The position numbers and the translations under genes were made by a program. A stretch of 62,264 bases of DNA from positions 1-62,264 of the forward strand of contig JAUCBJ010002150.1 of assembly GCA_032718475.1 (NCBI GenBank). Direction: 5' to 3'. Position 1 is the first letter of the stretch. Each line of letters begins with the position of its first letter. Positions 48,448-61,819 of the stretch are shown here, in pieces. The notes under the pieces were generated by a model. That model ran no database searches. It was not told the DNA's origin and was given only the letters and a program-made list of their open reading frames with translations. Source of the DNA: Nemertoderma westbladi (lineage: Eukaryota; Animalia; Xenacoelomorpha).

Positions 48448-51040
48448 ATTATTCAGATTCAGGGATTTCGAAAATACTACTGAGTCTGACAGTTTACAAA
48501 ATAGGTGTAATAAATGCTAAGTACAGTAGGCCTATGCAGTACTGTACTGCTGTACCGGTATCTACTAGATGTAAACCTAAAAATAGAATATTATTAGAAC
48601 GACAAGGTGTCATTACATTGTCACTGATGACATTACCATTTTGACCAACGTGTCTATATAAAAACAAAAAAGCACAACACTCGTAGATGCACCCTGGCGT
48701 ACACCAGTTGCTGTAATAACTACAGCTGACTTTAAAATACTTTTTGTACATTTATAAATTGAAAATATTGCCAACAACATAACTCTTCCACAGCCTGCCT
48801 TCCTTAATCTGTCTAAAAGTTTCATCCTTGGCACCTTATCATACGCTTTGGAAAAATCCACAAACAAAATAAATAATTTTAGTTTTTTAAATTTAGCGTA
48901 GTCTATGAGTAACCTTACTGCAAAAATTTGTTCAATACAACTTCTCCCCTTTTACCACCTGCTTGGCAGTTACTAATGTTGCACCAAATAGTAAGCCTAG
49001 CTGCTAACAACATATCATAAATTTTGGCCACGGATTCCATAATGGATATCCCTCGATAATTTGTACATAATGACCTCCTACCAGATTTAAATATCACAAT
49101 CAGCTTAATAATACACCATGACATTGGGTATAAACCTAATGACAAAACTATATTAAACACAGTTAGAAAGAATAACATCCAGTTGCCTGGCAACGCCAAA
49201 AATAAACCTAATGCAATACCTATGTAGCTTTTCTCTACCTTAACATCACTAAGAACATCGGCCAGTTCCCTTTCAGAAAATTGTTGGTCTAGAATTGGTA
49301 CATAAGGAGCGTTATTCCATTCCGGGTCTATATTCAATTCGTCTACCGTATCGGGATTTAATAGCGCCTCAAAGTGGGTTTTAAAGTTCTCATCTGAAGG
49401 TGCTGGCTGATCAACCACTTTACCACCATCAATATCACCTTTCCAGTTGATAGCATGCCAGATAGATTTGGCATTATTCGTTGCTAGAAGTTTAGCCCAA
49501 CGTTGCTGATTTGTATTTGGATTCTCTACGTCTTCCGCATCGTCACTTTCATGGGATTTACACGACTTTGCTGTTTCATTTATCATTGAGTTCGCCATAT
49601 CGAGCGTCTTTTGAATAATTTAGGTTGATAAACCCTCATTGGATAAAAATGGTGGCTGTATATTTGTCATAAGGTCAACGAAACGTGGAATATTAGTCTG
49701 TTTATGAGAATGGCTCTTGAACACTGCATTTAGCTGTTGTGAGTTGCTATTTGCTAGAGTCCATGTAATACCCAGGTTGTTAGCCCTTTCTATTAAATTC
49801 TCGTCCATCGATACCCCATTGTTGTTGGGTATAACCACTTTAACGACCAACGGCGCATGATCAGAACCTGATTGGTCCCTATCACCGGTAATTGAGTGGA
49901 TATTATTTATCAACTCATCGGATACGACACAAACATCGACTTCGCTAATCCACTGTTTACCTTTCCTGTACGATAAACCACCTCCGAGTGTACCATTTTC
50001 CATAGTAACTAAATGGTTGGCAATAACACATCCAGAATCTGTACAGATACGTAGGAGGCGTTCACCATGACCATTTATTGAATTATCCTCTACACCATCA
50101 TATTCATATTTGGATCTTTGTAGGTCATAAGGATTACCATATACTGGGGTTCCAACTCTGGAATTTAGATCTCCAATCACAACCACTTTCTTGTTCCGTT
50201 TAAATACAGCATGTAAATTTCCGAATAAATCATTAGAGAAGTAGCGAGAATCTGATGGTGGGATATACGCTGTACCAATTATCAAGTCAGACGCGAATTT
50301 GAAACATAGCCACAACTGTCCATTTTTCGTGGAATCAACACTCAATATACTACTAGACAACGCATTTTTCACGAGCGCCAAAACTCCACCTCGATGGCTG
50401 CTTTGCGATCCATTAATAAACGATACAAAACCAGGAACATGTAAGGGTTTCGCAGTTTTTATCTCTGATAGAAACACTACATCGTATTTATGTACAAACG
50501 CTAAAAACTGTGGTTCTAAAAGTTTATCTCGTAAACCACATATATTCCATGAGCAGAATGACAGAATATGGGATGAGCTTTGTGCAGCGTGATCCTATAA
50601 AGAGTTATACATTTTTGTACTACATAAACAACCTTGTAGAATATCTTGGTTGTATGGTAAGTGTCTACTATAAATATTACGTACAATAATATAATAGCCT
50701 AAAAGACAGAAAAAAACACTTTAACTTTAATTAATTTATGTTCCGTATAACAAAACACTGGCGTTATATTGCTAAATTTGGTGTACACAAATGACAGCGA
50801 TACCATAAATATAACAATTAAACCTGTTTTATTTTACAACGGAACTGCTACTAATAAAATATTCTAGAACAAGTAATTAATATAGTAACAAGTACATTTA
50901 TCATAAATAATCAAACCTATAGGATTGTATTTAACTTGTAACGGAATTTTTAAGCATTTTGTTTTAAGTTTATTTAGTCTGGTTCGAAATCCTGAAATTA
51001 CGCCTAGAAAGTGATGGCGGTGTCACAGGCGGACACGGCT

Positions 51041-54000
51041 AACCCGAGACCTTAACCAACGGTTTAAAGTTAAATCAATAGAGCTGAACCCGAGACCTTA
51101 ACCAACGGTTTAAAGTTAAATGAATAGAGCTGAACCCGAGACCTTAACCAACGGTTTAAAGTTAAATCAATAGAGCTGAACCCGAGACCTTAACCAACGG
51201 TTTAAAGTTAAATAAATAGAGCTGAACCCGAGACCTTAACCAACGGTTTAAAGTTAAATCAATAGAGCTGAACCCGAGACCTTAACCAACGGTTTAAAGT
51301 TAAATCAATAGAGCTGAACCCGAGACCTTAACCAACGGTTTAAAGTTAAATAAATAGAGCTGAACCCGAGACCTTAACCAACGGTTTAAAGTTAAATCAA
51401 TAGAGCTGAACCCGAGACCTTAACCAACGGTTTAAAGTTAAATCAATAGAGCTGAACCCGAGACCTTAACCAGCGGTTTAAAGTTAAATGAATAGAGCTG
51501 AACCCGAGACTTTAACCAACGGTTTAAAGTTAAATCAATAGAACTGAATCCGAGACCTTAACCAACGGTTTAAAGTTAAATCAATAGAGCTGAACCCGAG
51601 ACCTTAACCAACGGTTTAAAGTTAAATCAATAGAGCTGAACCCGAGACCTTAACCAACGGTTTAAAGTTAAATCAATAGAGCTGAACCCGAGACCTTAAC
51701 CAACGGTTTAAAGTTAAATCAATAGAGCTGAACCCGAGACCTTAACCAACGGTTTAAAGTTAAATCAATAGAGCTGAACCCGAGACCTTAACCAACGGTT
51801 TAAAGTTAAATCAATAGAGCTGAACCCGAGACCTTAACCAACGGTTTAAAGTTAAATCAATAGAGCTGAACCCGAGACCTTAACCAACGGTTTAAAGTTA
51901 AATCAATAGAGCTGAACCCGAGACCTTAACCAGCGGTTTAAAGTTAAATGAATAGAGCTGAACCCGAGACCTTAACCAACGGTTTAAAGAATCAATAGAG
52001 CTGAACCCGAGACCTTAACCAACGGTTTAAAGTTAAATCAATAGAGCTGAACCCGAGACCTTAACCAACGGTTTAAAGTTAAATAAATAGAGCTGAACCC
52101 GAGACCTTAACCAACGGTTTAAAGTTAAATCAATAGAGCTGAACCCGAGACCTTAACCAACGGTTTAAAGTTAAATCAATAGAGCTGAACCCGAGACCTT
52201 AACCAACGGTTTAAAGTTAAATCAATAGAGCTGAACCCGAGACCTTAACCAACGGTTTAAAGTTAAATCAATAGAGCTGAACCCGAGACCTTAACCAACG
52301 GTTTAAAGTTAAATCAATAGAGCTGAACCCGAGACCTTAACCAACGGTTTAAAGTTAAATCAATAGAGCTGAACCCGAGACCTTAACCAACGGTTTAAAG
52401 TTAAATCAATAGAGCTGAACCCGAAACCTTAACCAACGGTTTAAAGTTAAATCAATAGAGCTGAACCCGAGACCTTAACCAACGGTTTAAAGTTAAATCA
52501 ATAGAGCTGAACCCGAGACCTTAACCAACGGTTTAAAGTTAAATGAATAGAGCTGAACCCGAGACCTTAACCAACGGTTTAAAGTTAAATCAATAGAACT
52601 GAATCCGAGACCTTAACCAACGGTTTAAAGTTAAATCAATAGAGCTGAACCCGAGACCTTAACCAACGGTTTAATGTTAAATCAATAGAACTGAACCCGA
52701 GACCTTAACCAACGGTATAAAGTTAAATCAATAGAGCTGAACCCGAGACCTTAACCAAAAGGTTTAAAGTTAAATCAATAGAGCTGAACCTGAGACCTTA
52801 ACCAAAAGGTTTAAAGTTAAATCAATAGAACTGAACCCGAGACCTTAACCAACGGTTTAATGTTAAATCAATAGAACTGAACCCGAGACCTTAACCAACG
52901 GTTTAAAGTCAAATCAATAGAGCTGAACCCGAGACCTTAACCAACGGTTTAAAGTTAAATGAATAGAGCTGAACCCGAGACCTTAACCAACGGTTTAAAG
53001 TTAAATCAATAGAGCTGAACCCGAGACCTTAACCAACGGTTTAAAGTTAAATCAATAGAGCTGAACCCGAGACCTTAACCAAAAGGTTTAAAGTTAAATC
53101 AATAGAGCTGAACCCGAGACCTTAACCAACGGTTTAAAGTTAAATCAATAGAGCTGAACCCGAGACCTTAACCAAAAGGTTTAAAGTTAAATCAATAGAG
53201 CTGAACCCGAGACCTTAACCAACGGTTTAAAGTTAAATCAATAGAGCTGAACCCGAGACCTTAACCAACGGTTTAAAGTTAAATCAATAGAGCTGAACCC
53301 GAGACCTTAACCAACGGTATAAAGTTAAATCAATAGAGCTGAACCCGAGACCTTAACCAAAAGGTTTAAAGTTAAATCAATAGAACTGAACCCGAGACCT
53401 TAACCAACGGTTTAAAGTTAAATCAATAGAGCTGAACCCGAGACCTTAACCAACGGTATAAAGTTAAATCAATAGAGCTGAACCCGAGACCTTAACCAAA
53501 AGGTTTAAAGTTAAATCAATAGAGCTGAACCTGAGACCTTAACCAAAAGGTTTAAAGTTAAATCAATAGAACTGAACCCGAGACCTTAACCAACGGTTTA
53601 ATGTTAAATCAATAGAACTGAACCCGAGACCTTAACCAACGGTTTAAAGTTAAATCAATAGAGCTGAACCCGAGACCTTAACCAACGGTTTAAAGTTAAA
53701 TCAATAGAACTGAACCCGAGACCTTAACCAACGGTTTAAAGTTAAATCAATAGAACTGAACCCGAGACCTTAACCAACGGTTTAAAGTTAAATCAATAGA
53801 GCTGAACCCGAGACCTTAACCAACGGTTTAAAGTTAAATCAATAGAACTGAATCCGAGACCTTAACCAACGGTTTAAAGTTAAATCAATAGAGCTGAACC
53901 CGAGACCTTAACCAACGGTTTAAAGTTAAATGAATAGAGCTGAACCCGAGACCTTAACCAACGGTTTAAAGTTAAATCAATAGAGCTGAACCCGAGACCT

Positions 54001-56015
54001 TAACCAACGGTATAAAGTTAAATCAATAGAGCTGAACCCGAGACCTTAACCAAAAGGTTTAAAGTTAAATCAATAGAACTGAACCCGAGACCTTAACCAA
54101 CGGTTTAAAGTTAAATCAATAGAGCTGAACCCGAGACCTTAACCAACGGTATAAAGTTAAATCAATAGAGCTGAACCCGAGACCTTAACCAAAAGGTTTA
54201 AAGTTAAATCAATAGAGCTGAACCTGAGACCTTAACCAAAAGGTTTAAAGTTAAATCAATATAACTGAACCCGAGACCTTAACCAACGGTTTAATGTTAA
54301 ATCAATAGAACTGAACCCGAGACCTTAACCAACGGTTTAAAGTTAAATCAATAGAGCTGAACCCGAGACCTTAACCAACGGTTTAAAGTTAAATCAATAG
54401 AACTGAACCCGAGACCTTAACCAACGGTTTAAAGTTAAATCAATAGAACTGAACCCGAGACCTTAACCAACGGTTTAAAGTTAAATCAATAGAGCTGAAC
54501 CCGAGACCTTAACCAACGGTTTAAAGTTAAATCAATAGAACTGAATCCGAGACCTTAACCAACGGTTTAAAGTTAAATCAATAGAGCTGAACCCGAGACC
54601 TTAACCAACGGTTTAAAGTTAAATGAATAGAGCTGAACCCGAGACCTTAACCAACGGTTTAAAGTTAAATCAATAGAACTGAACCCGAGACCTTAACCAA
54701 CGGTTTAAAGTTAAATCAATAGAGCTGAACCCGAGACCTTAACCAACGGTTTAAAGTTAAATCAATAGAGCTGAACCCGAGACCTTAACCAACGGTTTAA
54801 AGTTAAATCAATAGAGCTGAACCCGAGACCTTAACCAACGGTTTAAAGTTAAATCAATAGAGCTGAACCCGAGACCTTAACCAACGGTTTAAAGTTAAAT
54901 CAATAGAGCTGAACCCGAGACCTTAACCAACGGTTTAAAGTTAAATCAATAGAGCTGAACCCGAGACCTTAACCAACGGTTTAAAGTTAAATCAATAGAG
55001 CTGAACCCGACACCTTAACCAACGGTTTAAAGTTAAATCAATAGAGCTGAACCCGAGACCTTAACCAACGGTTTAAAGTTAAATCAATAGAGCTGAACCC
55101 GAAACCTTAACCAACGGTTTAAAGTTAAATCAATAGAGCTGAACCCGAGACCTTAACCAACGGTTTAAAGTTAAATGAATAGAGCTGAACCCGAGACCTT
55201 AACCAACGGTTTAAAGTTAAATCAATAGAGCTGAACCCGAAACCTTAACCAACGGTTTAAAGTTAAATCAATAGAGCTGAACCCGAAACCTTAACCAACG
55301 GTTTAAAGTTAAATCAATAGAGCTGAACCCGAGACCTTAACCAACGGTTTAAAGTTAAATGAATAGAGCTGAACCCGAGACCTTAACCAACGGTTTAAAG
55401 TTAAATCAATAGAGCTGAACCCGAGACCTTAACCAACGGTTTAAAGTTAAATCAATAGAGCTGAACCCGGGACCTTAACCAACGGTTTAAAGTTAAATCA
55501 ATAGAGCTGAACCCGAGACCTTAACCAAAAGGTTTAAAGTTAAATCAATAGAGCTGAACCCGAGACCTTAACCAACGGTTTAAAGTTAAATCAATAGAGC
55601 TGAACCCGAGACCTTAACCAACGGTTTAAAGTTAAATCAATAGAGCTGAACCCGAGACCTTAACCAACGGTTTAAAGTTAAATCAATAGAGCTGAACCAA
55701 CGGTTTAAAGTTAAATCAATAGAGCTGAACCCGAGACCTTAACCAACGGTTTAAAGTTAAATCAATAGAGCTGAACCCGAGACCTTAACCAACGGTTTAA
55801 AGTTAAATCAATAGAGCTGAACCCGAGACCTTAACCAACGGTTTAAAGTTAAATCAATAGAGCTGAACCCGAGACCTTAACCAACGGTTTAAAGTTAAAT
55901 CAATAGAGCTGAACCCGAGACCTTAACCAACGGTTTAAAGTTAAATCAATAGAGCTGAACCCGAGACCTTAACCAAAAGGTTTAAAGTTAAATCAATAGA
56001 GGTGAACCCGAGACC
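51041..56015. repeat. 46-bp satellite, ~108 copies
   Basis: AACCCGAGACCTTAACCAACGGTTTAAAGTTAAATCAATAGAGCTG head to tail; occasional 47-bp variant with CCAAAAGG. Confidence 0.99.
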
Positions 56016-56913
56016 GTCGGAATCCAAGCTCAATTATGAATTTTAGGTCCCGTTTCACCATGGCAACAGGGTGTAAATTTCAAAATACCGACTTCTATTG
56101 ACCAACCTACACAACCGAATGCGAGTTGCGTGGGTGTTCCATAGGCCGAATGCGAGCTCTGCTAACAGCAGCAGCTATGCATAACAAGTAACAAACAATG
56201 TTAATCAAACTGATGGTGATAAAAATTACAATACGTCATTGAGGAAAATTCTATAATAAATAATAAATAAATATACAATATAATATATATATATAATACC
56301 GTATACAAAAATATTAGCTTTCAAATAAATTTATAACTAAATCTCAAAGATGGATGATTAAATTGTGTGGCTTGAAAAAGTAAATAAGGATGTAACATTG
56401 TGCGCTATAATGCCGTGTCTGGTTCAAATGTTAAGAAATACCGTTAAATATCTACACGGTCTTGGTTGTTTCAGATTGGATTGGCCTTTAGTCGTAGTAA
56501 GTCGAGTAAAGTTCAGACGTTGGGTATTCTGGTTTCGTATTATTTTAAATCTGAGTAACTTACAACTCTATAGGCACTAAAATTAAGTAATTCATTCACA
56601 CGAATTCAGATTGATAGGTTATTAATATGACTACCAAAGCAATCACTCTAGGTGGCTTGATTCTTATCACTCATAGACCTAGCTTGCGCCATCACCTAGC
56701 CTGTTAACCCTTATTCGATTGTTTCTAGCCAAACACTCTTTGTTCGCGCACCAACCCTATTCACACACTACCTACACAGCCACAACTCAGTGAATAAAAT
56801 TTATTTGCAGAAAATAGGCGAACCAGAGGCAACGTAATTCATCATAATTATAATTCCCACCACTCCAAGTGATAAATGTTTTGTTGTGGGTAACATTGGA
56901 TGTGGTGTGGGAG

Positions 56914-57310
56914 GGTAGGTGTTGTTTTGGGCGACAAGGTGTTGGGGTAGGTGTTGTTTTGGGCGACAAGGTGTTGGGGTAGGTGTTATTTTGGGCGACA
57001 AGGTGTTGCTTTGGGCGTGAAGGTGTTGGGTACGTGTTGTTTTGGGCGACAGGGTGTTGCTTTGGGCGTCAAGGTGACGGTAGGTGTTGTTTTGGGCGAC
57101 AAGGTGTTGGGTAGGTGTTGTTTTGGGCGACAAGGTGTTGGGTAGGTGTTGTTTTGGGCGACAAGGTGTTGGGGTAGGTGTTGTTTTGGGCGACAAGGTG
57201 TTGGGGTAGGTGTTGTTTTGGGCGTCAAGGTGTTGGGTAGGTGTTGTTTTGTGGGTCTAGGTGTTGGGTAGGTGTTCTTTGGGGGGTCTAGGTGTTGGAT
57301 AGGTGTTGTG
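56914..57310. repeat. G/T-rich ~31-32 bp minisatellite just 3' of GSR
   Basis: GGTAGGTGTTGTTTTGGGCGACAAGGTGTTGG x~12, degenerating toward the right. Confidence 0.92.
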
Positions 57311-57421
57311 TTGTCGGGTGAAAAATATACCTGAATGTTTAACCCGTGCTGGGCAAGTGAAAGCTTCAACTAAAGAGACATAAAAACACTTTGAATGAAA
57401 TCATTAAGGATCTGGAATGTT

Positions 57422-58828
57422 CTACCTCATTGTTACTAGTTCCTCGGCACCGGTTGGGTGGATAGCCAAGGTGTTATCGAAGTCAGCCTTAGTCGCCCCC
57501 ATGGTAACGGCCACGGCGAACCCCTGCAACATTTCGTCGCATCCCAGACCCATCATATGCAGACCAACCACCCGCTCCTCCTCGCCGACGCAGACCAACT
57601 TCATCCTGGTTGACTGAGACTTACTCGTGATCGCGTAGTAAAGATTACCGAACTGCGACTGGTAGATCTTCACGTTTCCCGCGCCGTATTTAGCTTTGGC
57701 TTCCTCCTCGGTTAAACCCACCGTCCCTATCGGCGGATGACTGAAGACCACGGTCGGGATTACCGAGTAATCGAGACGAGCCGCGGATTGCGCGTCGAAC
57801 AATCGATCGGAGAGCTTGCGACCCGCCTTTACGGCGACCGGGGTGAGCAGCGCCCGCCCGCAGACATCCCCCAGGGCGTAGACGCCCCGGCAACTCGTGT
57901 TCTGGAACTCGTCAACCTCTATACTACCGCGGGGGTTGAGTTTCACCGAAGTCTCGGCTAGACCTATATCGACGTTGGGACTCCTTCCCACGGCCCATAT
58001 CAAACAATCAACATCCGATATATTTCCACCCCTATCGGTAGAAACGGTTAACAAACCTTTATCCGATTTGCTAACTGATGTAACATTCGTGCTTTTCTGC
58101 AAGTCGATTCCCGCAGATACAATTTCGCTTGTCAGAGAAACACTTATCATACTATCGAACGTACGAAGGACGTTTTCTTTACGTATCAGAAAACTAACGC
58201 TAGACCCCAAAGCGTTGAGAATACCAGCTAACTCCACCCCAATGTAACCGGCGCCAACTACCACAGTACGTCTGGGTAACGCCTCGAGCTCAAAGAACCC
58301 GTCTGATGTAATACCCAGATCGGCTCCGGGCACGTTGCTAGGGAATATGGGACGCCCCCCCGTCGCTATAGTAACGTGGTCCGCTGTATAGACGGCGTCA
58401 CCGACTTTGACTTTTCGTTCGCCGATAAACCGGGCTTCCCCCTCGATCAAACAAACTTTATTTTTATCCAATCCTTTCTCGTAGATACCGTTCAGTTTCG
58501 ATATGTAGGCGTCGCGTTTCTGTTTCACAACAGGCCACGCGGCTTTCCCTATTGGTTGCGAGGCGTCGCCTTTAGATAAAACGTTGAAGCCGTAGTCAGT
58601 AAGATACCCGTGGTCTATGGATTCCGCGTGGCTGGCTGTGTTGAACATTATTTTCTTGGGAACGCAACCTACGTTCACGCAGGTGCCGCCTAGCTTCCCG
58701 TTCTCTATAAGCGCAACTTTAGCGCCGTACTGCCCCGCACGATTAGCGCTTGCGATCCCACCGGATCCACCACCGACAACCAGATAGTCGAACTTTATTG
58801 CCGAAGGAATAATTGGAGGCATATTCAT
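57422..58828 (-). CDS. GSR: Glutathione reductase, 468 aa, intronless
   Basis: FAD motif GGGSGG; redox disulfide [13 protein letters not shown]; NADPH motif GAGYIGVE with R-x5-R (IRKENVLR); [12 protein letters not shown]; C-terminal [12 protein letters not shown] without a thioredoxin-reductase extension. Confidence 0.97.
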   Translation of the reverse strand: MNMPPIIPSAIKFDYLVVGGGSGGIASANRAGQYGAKVALIENGKLGGTCVNVGCVPKKIMFNTASHAESIDHGYLTDYGFNVLSKGDASQPIGKAAWPVVKQKRDAYISKLNGIYEKGLDKNKVCLIEGEARFIGERKVKVGDAVYTADHVTIATGGRPIFPSNVPGADLGITSDGFFELEALPRRTVVVGAGYIGVELAGILNALGSSVSFLIRKENVLRTFDSMISVSLTSEIVSAGIDLQKSTNVTSVSKSDKGLLTVSTDRGGNISDVDCLIWAVGRSPNVDIGLAETSVKLNPRGSIEVDEFQNTSCRGVYALGDVCGRALLTPVAVKAGRKLSDRLFDAQSAARLDYSVIPTVVFSHPPIGTVGLTEEEAKAKYGAGNVKIYQSQFGNLYYAITSKSQSTRMKLVCVGEEERVVGLHMMGLGCDEMLQGFAVAVTMGATKADFDNTLAIHPTGAEELVTMR

Positions 58829-59284
58829 TCAGTTTCAGTTACTCAGTCAGTATTCCTATACCGGTATCAGATGGGCCTATATTGTTACAGTTAGGCCTAA
58901 TTACATAATTCAGTAATTATCAGATTATAGGCCTATATTATGTATTATATGAAATATATCGTATAATATTATAACAGTATAAACTGATAAAGGCCTATCA
59001 ACTGATCTATAACTACAAACTATCAGCATCATCTCAGACTTTCTAACACTGCCCCCATGCCCGCCCACTGTAACACAGTAACAGAAACAGACTAGACTGC
59101 TAGACTAACTACGGCTGCCTTACTACCGTACCAAATATCGCTACCCTACGCTTACGCGCTACCGGCAACCTACAGAACATACCTACGGCTACGGCTACGG
59201 TAGGCCTGGTGCCTAGTGCAGTAGTGGCCAGGCCAGGCGGTACCGGTAGGTGATAGTTCTGTTCTGTTTATAACCGAAGCATTA

Positions 59285-61819
59285 CAGCCATTCCAGCGTA
59301 ACGGTCGTGACATTCCGCATGGGTTTCCGGTATTAATGAGTATTCTAAGGGCACATGGAAGAATGATATTGAAAAGATATTACTATGATATGATCCTAAG
59401 ATATGGACCTTTAATAAAATCGAAACCGCACTGGAATACATTACGTTTTATTGATTGTATTCCAGTTTAAAGTTGGCGTAACGGTCGTGACTGAAATGGA
59501 CAAGCTTTTTAGAGACTCCTACACATTATAAATTTCTATCGAATTTACTGTACTTATTTAGCGTTACTTATGTCAGACTAACATGTTAATAGATAGAGTT
59601 TAAAATGAAATTAACAGTATGGCAATATAGTATCATTAGAGAATGTGGCAATCAATTAACCAGCGTAACGGTCGTGACATAGTTTCGTAACGGTTGTGAC
59701 ATTATCGATTTTCACATAAATCTGAATTTCAAAAAATGGTAAGGTATTAGAGTTAGGTATTGATATCGATTTCAGGCAGGTTTTCTTGTACGCTGATTTT
59801 AATAGAAGGCTTTTTACATTCCGCAATTGAACACATCTACCATTTTTGGTGCTAAAATGAAAAGTGCAAGTAACAAGTATTTTTCAAATTAATGAAAACA
59901 ACTAGACTTGTAGGAATGGTATTTATTTCAATTACATATAGGTTTTCTGGTACGCCGATTTCAATGGAAGGCTTTTTAAATTCCGCAGTTGAACACATCT
60001 ACTATTTTTGGCGCTAAAATGAAAAGTGCAAGTAAACAGCATTTTTCAAATTAATGAAAACAACTAGACTTGTAGGAATGGTGTTTATTTCAATTACATA
60101 CAGGTTTTCTGGTGCGCTGATTTCAATGGAAGGCTTTTTAAATTCCGCAGTTGAACACACCTACCATTTTTGGTGCTAAATTGAAAAGTGCAAGTAACCA
60201 GCATTTTTCAAATTAGTGAAAACAATAAGAATTGTAGGAATGGTATTTATTTCAATTACATACAGGTTTTCTGGTACGCCGATTTCAATGGAAGGCTTTT
60301 TAAATTCCGCAGTTGAACGCACCTACTGACCTACCGTTTTTGGTGCTAAAATGAAAAGTGCAAGTAACCAGCATTTTTAAAATTAGTTGAAACAATAAGA
60401 ATTGTAGGAATGGTATTTATTTCAATTACATATCAGGTTTTCTGGTACGCCGATTTCAATAGAAGGCTTTTTAAATTCCGCAGTTGAACACATCTACTGA
60501 CATACCATTTTTGGTGCTAAAATGAAAAGTGCAAGTAACCAGCATTTTTCAAATTAGTGAAAACAACTAGAATTGTACGAATGGTGTTTCTTTCTCTATT
60601 ACATACAGTTTTTCCTGCTGTTCTGGTACGCCGATTTCAATGGAAGGCTTTTTAAATTCCGCAGTTGACTGGTTGAACATACCTACCATTTTTGGTGCTA
60701 AAATGAAAAGTGCAAGTAAACAGCATTTTTCAAATTAGTGAAAACAACTAGACTTGTAGGAATGGTGTTTATTTCAATTACATACAGGTTTTCTGGTGCG
60801 CTGATTTCAATGGAAGGCTTTTTAAATTCCGCAGTTGAATACACCTACAATGTTCGGTGCTAAAATGAAAAGTGCAAGAGTAAATAAACATAATTTTTCA
60901 AATTTTGCAGATTATATGTAAGCAGCCATACGTTCTACTGTTCTATGTAGTATTGTAAGCTGATATTTTGGTTATTATGTGTACTACCTGATTACAGTAT
61001 AATTATAATTACATCCCACTGCAGCAGTGGTATGCAGTAAATGATGGAGATACAAATTAATTTATACTGTATAATAATGATTCCTAAGTTTGTGTCACAA
61101 CCGTTACGGTCATAAGTGCTCTTATGGCACATTATAGGTTAAGAAGAAACCTTTGTACACCCAATATTACAATTATCACTTTGTGTGGAATCATATTCCA
61201 AAATGTAATCTAAATGGAGAGTAAAAAAGACGACCTTTCGTTCCTTGAATTATACATGCTATGCTAATATTCCCATTTCCCACATGTTAATGTCACGACC
61301 GTTACGCTGATTACTACAACTGGAACATACAGTCAAGTTAAACTATATGACTCAAACAATTGATACGAACCACCTAACGATAGATATAAAAGATTATAAC
61401 CATTACTGCCGGGGATATGGAGATATTGGAAAAACTTGTTCTTCAGCGTAACGGTCGTGACATATTTTCCATCCACTCATTACAATGCTATTAGAAAAAT
61501 ATTTATTAGTTGTACATTATTTAACCGACATAGCTAATTACTACATAGATATAAGATTCTGAAAAACATATGACATTGCCAGTTTGGTAATTATCATGCC
61601 ATTTTGGTTTGTATGTAATTATGCCAAAAATATTGAATTTTTGGCATTTTTTAAATCACATTTTGCGGACGCCGTAAAAAAAAATTGGCGAGGGTTATGG
61701 AACATTTGAAAGCAGTTTTATGAAGCACAATATGTGTGCTACACACTCAATACAAAATAAATGCATTTCTAAGTACTTTCATTTTTCACCAAAAGGTTTA
61801 CTTTTGCTTGGAATGGCTG
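59285..61819. mobile_element. Non-autonomous TIR DNA transposon (2535 bp), 11-bp TIRs, 4-bp TSD ATTA; possibly Sola superfamily
   Basis: ATTA|CAGCCATTCCA ... TGGAATGGCTG|ATTA. Motif CGTAACGGTYGTGAC repeated at ~59297, 59477, 59664, 59687 and 61447, and inverted at ~61094 and 61292. No ORF. Confidence 0.88.
59770..60905. repeat. Internal tandem array of the TIR element, ~162-185 bp x~7
   Basis: GGTTTTCTGGTACGCCGATTTCAATGGAAGGCTTTTTAAATTCCGCAGTTGAAC recurs at ~59779, 59941, 60103, 60266, 60436, 60620 and 60787. Confidence 0.95.

Larger units (their letters stand above)
44694..48622 (-). mobile_element. Inner, apparently full-length young LINE (3929 bp) with 12-bp TSD
   Basis: ACTGATGACATT at 44682-44693 and 48623-48634; short (ATC)n tail. 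Removing the element restores the outer RT frame KMVMSSV-SSDGFLG. Confidence 0.93.
43374..50594 (-). mobile_element. Outer, inactivated LINE (APE-RT-CCHC) interrupted by a nested LINE
   Basis: APE motifs SWNICGL, FLSE, GDLN, GSDH (49620-50594). RT in broken frames: NYRGIS, FVDFSKAYD, GVRQG | LLMDD, YIYLG. C-terminal CSC..ETHVLLNC. AATAAA (43396-43391) followed by a (TCTA)4 tail. Confidence 0.92.

Noticed and set aside
56787-57369. Pro/Thr/Lys-rich ORFs
   Set aside because: Translations of the 32-bp minisatellite in several frames.
57422-58828. Thioredoxin reductase or bacterial contaminant gene
   Set aside because: No C-terminal redox extension, GR-specific motifs are present, and the gene is embedded among eukaryotic repeats with no operon context.
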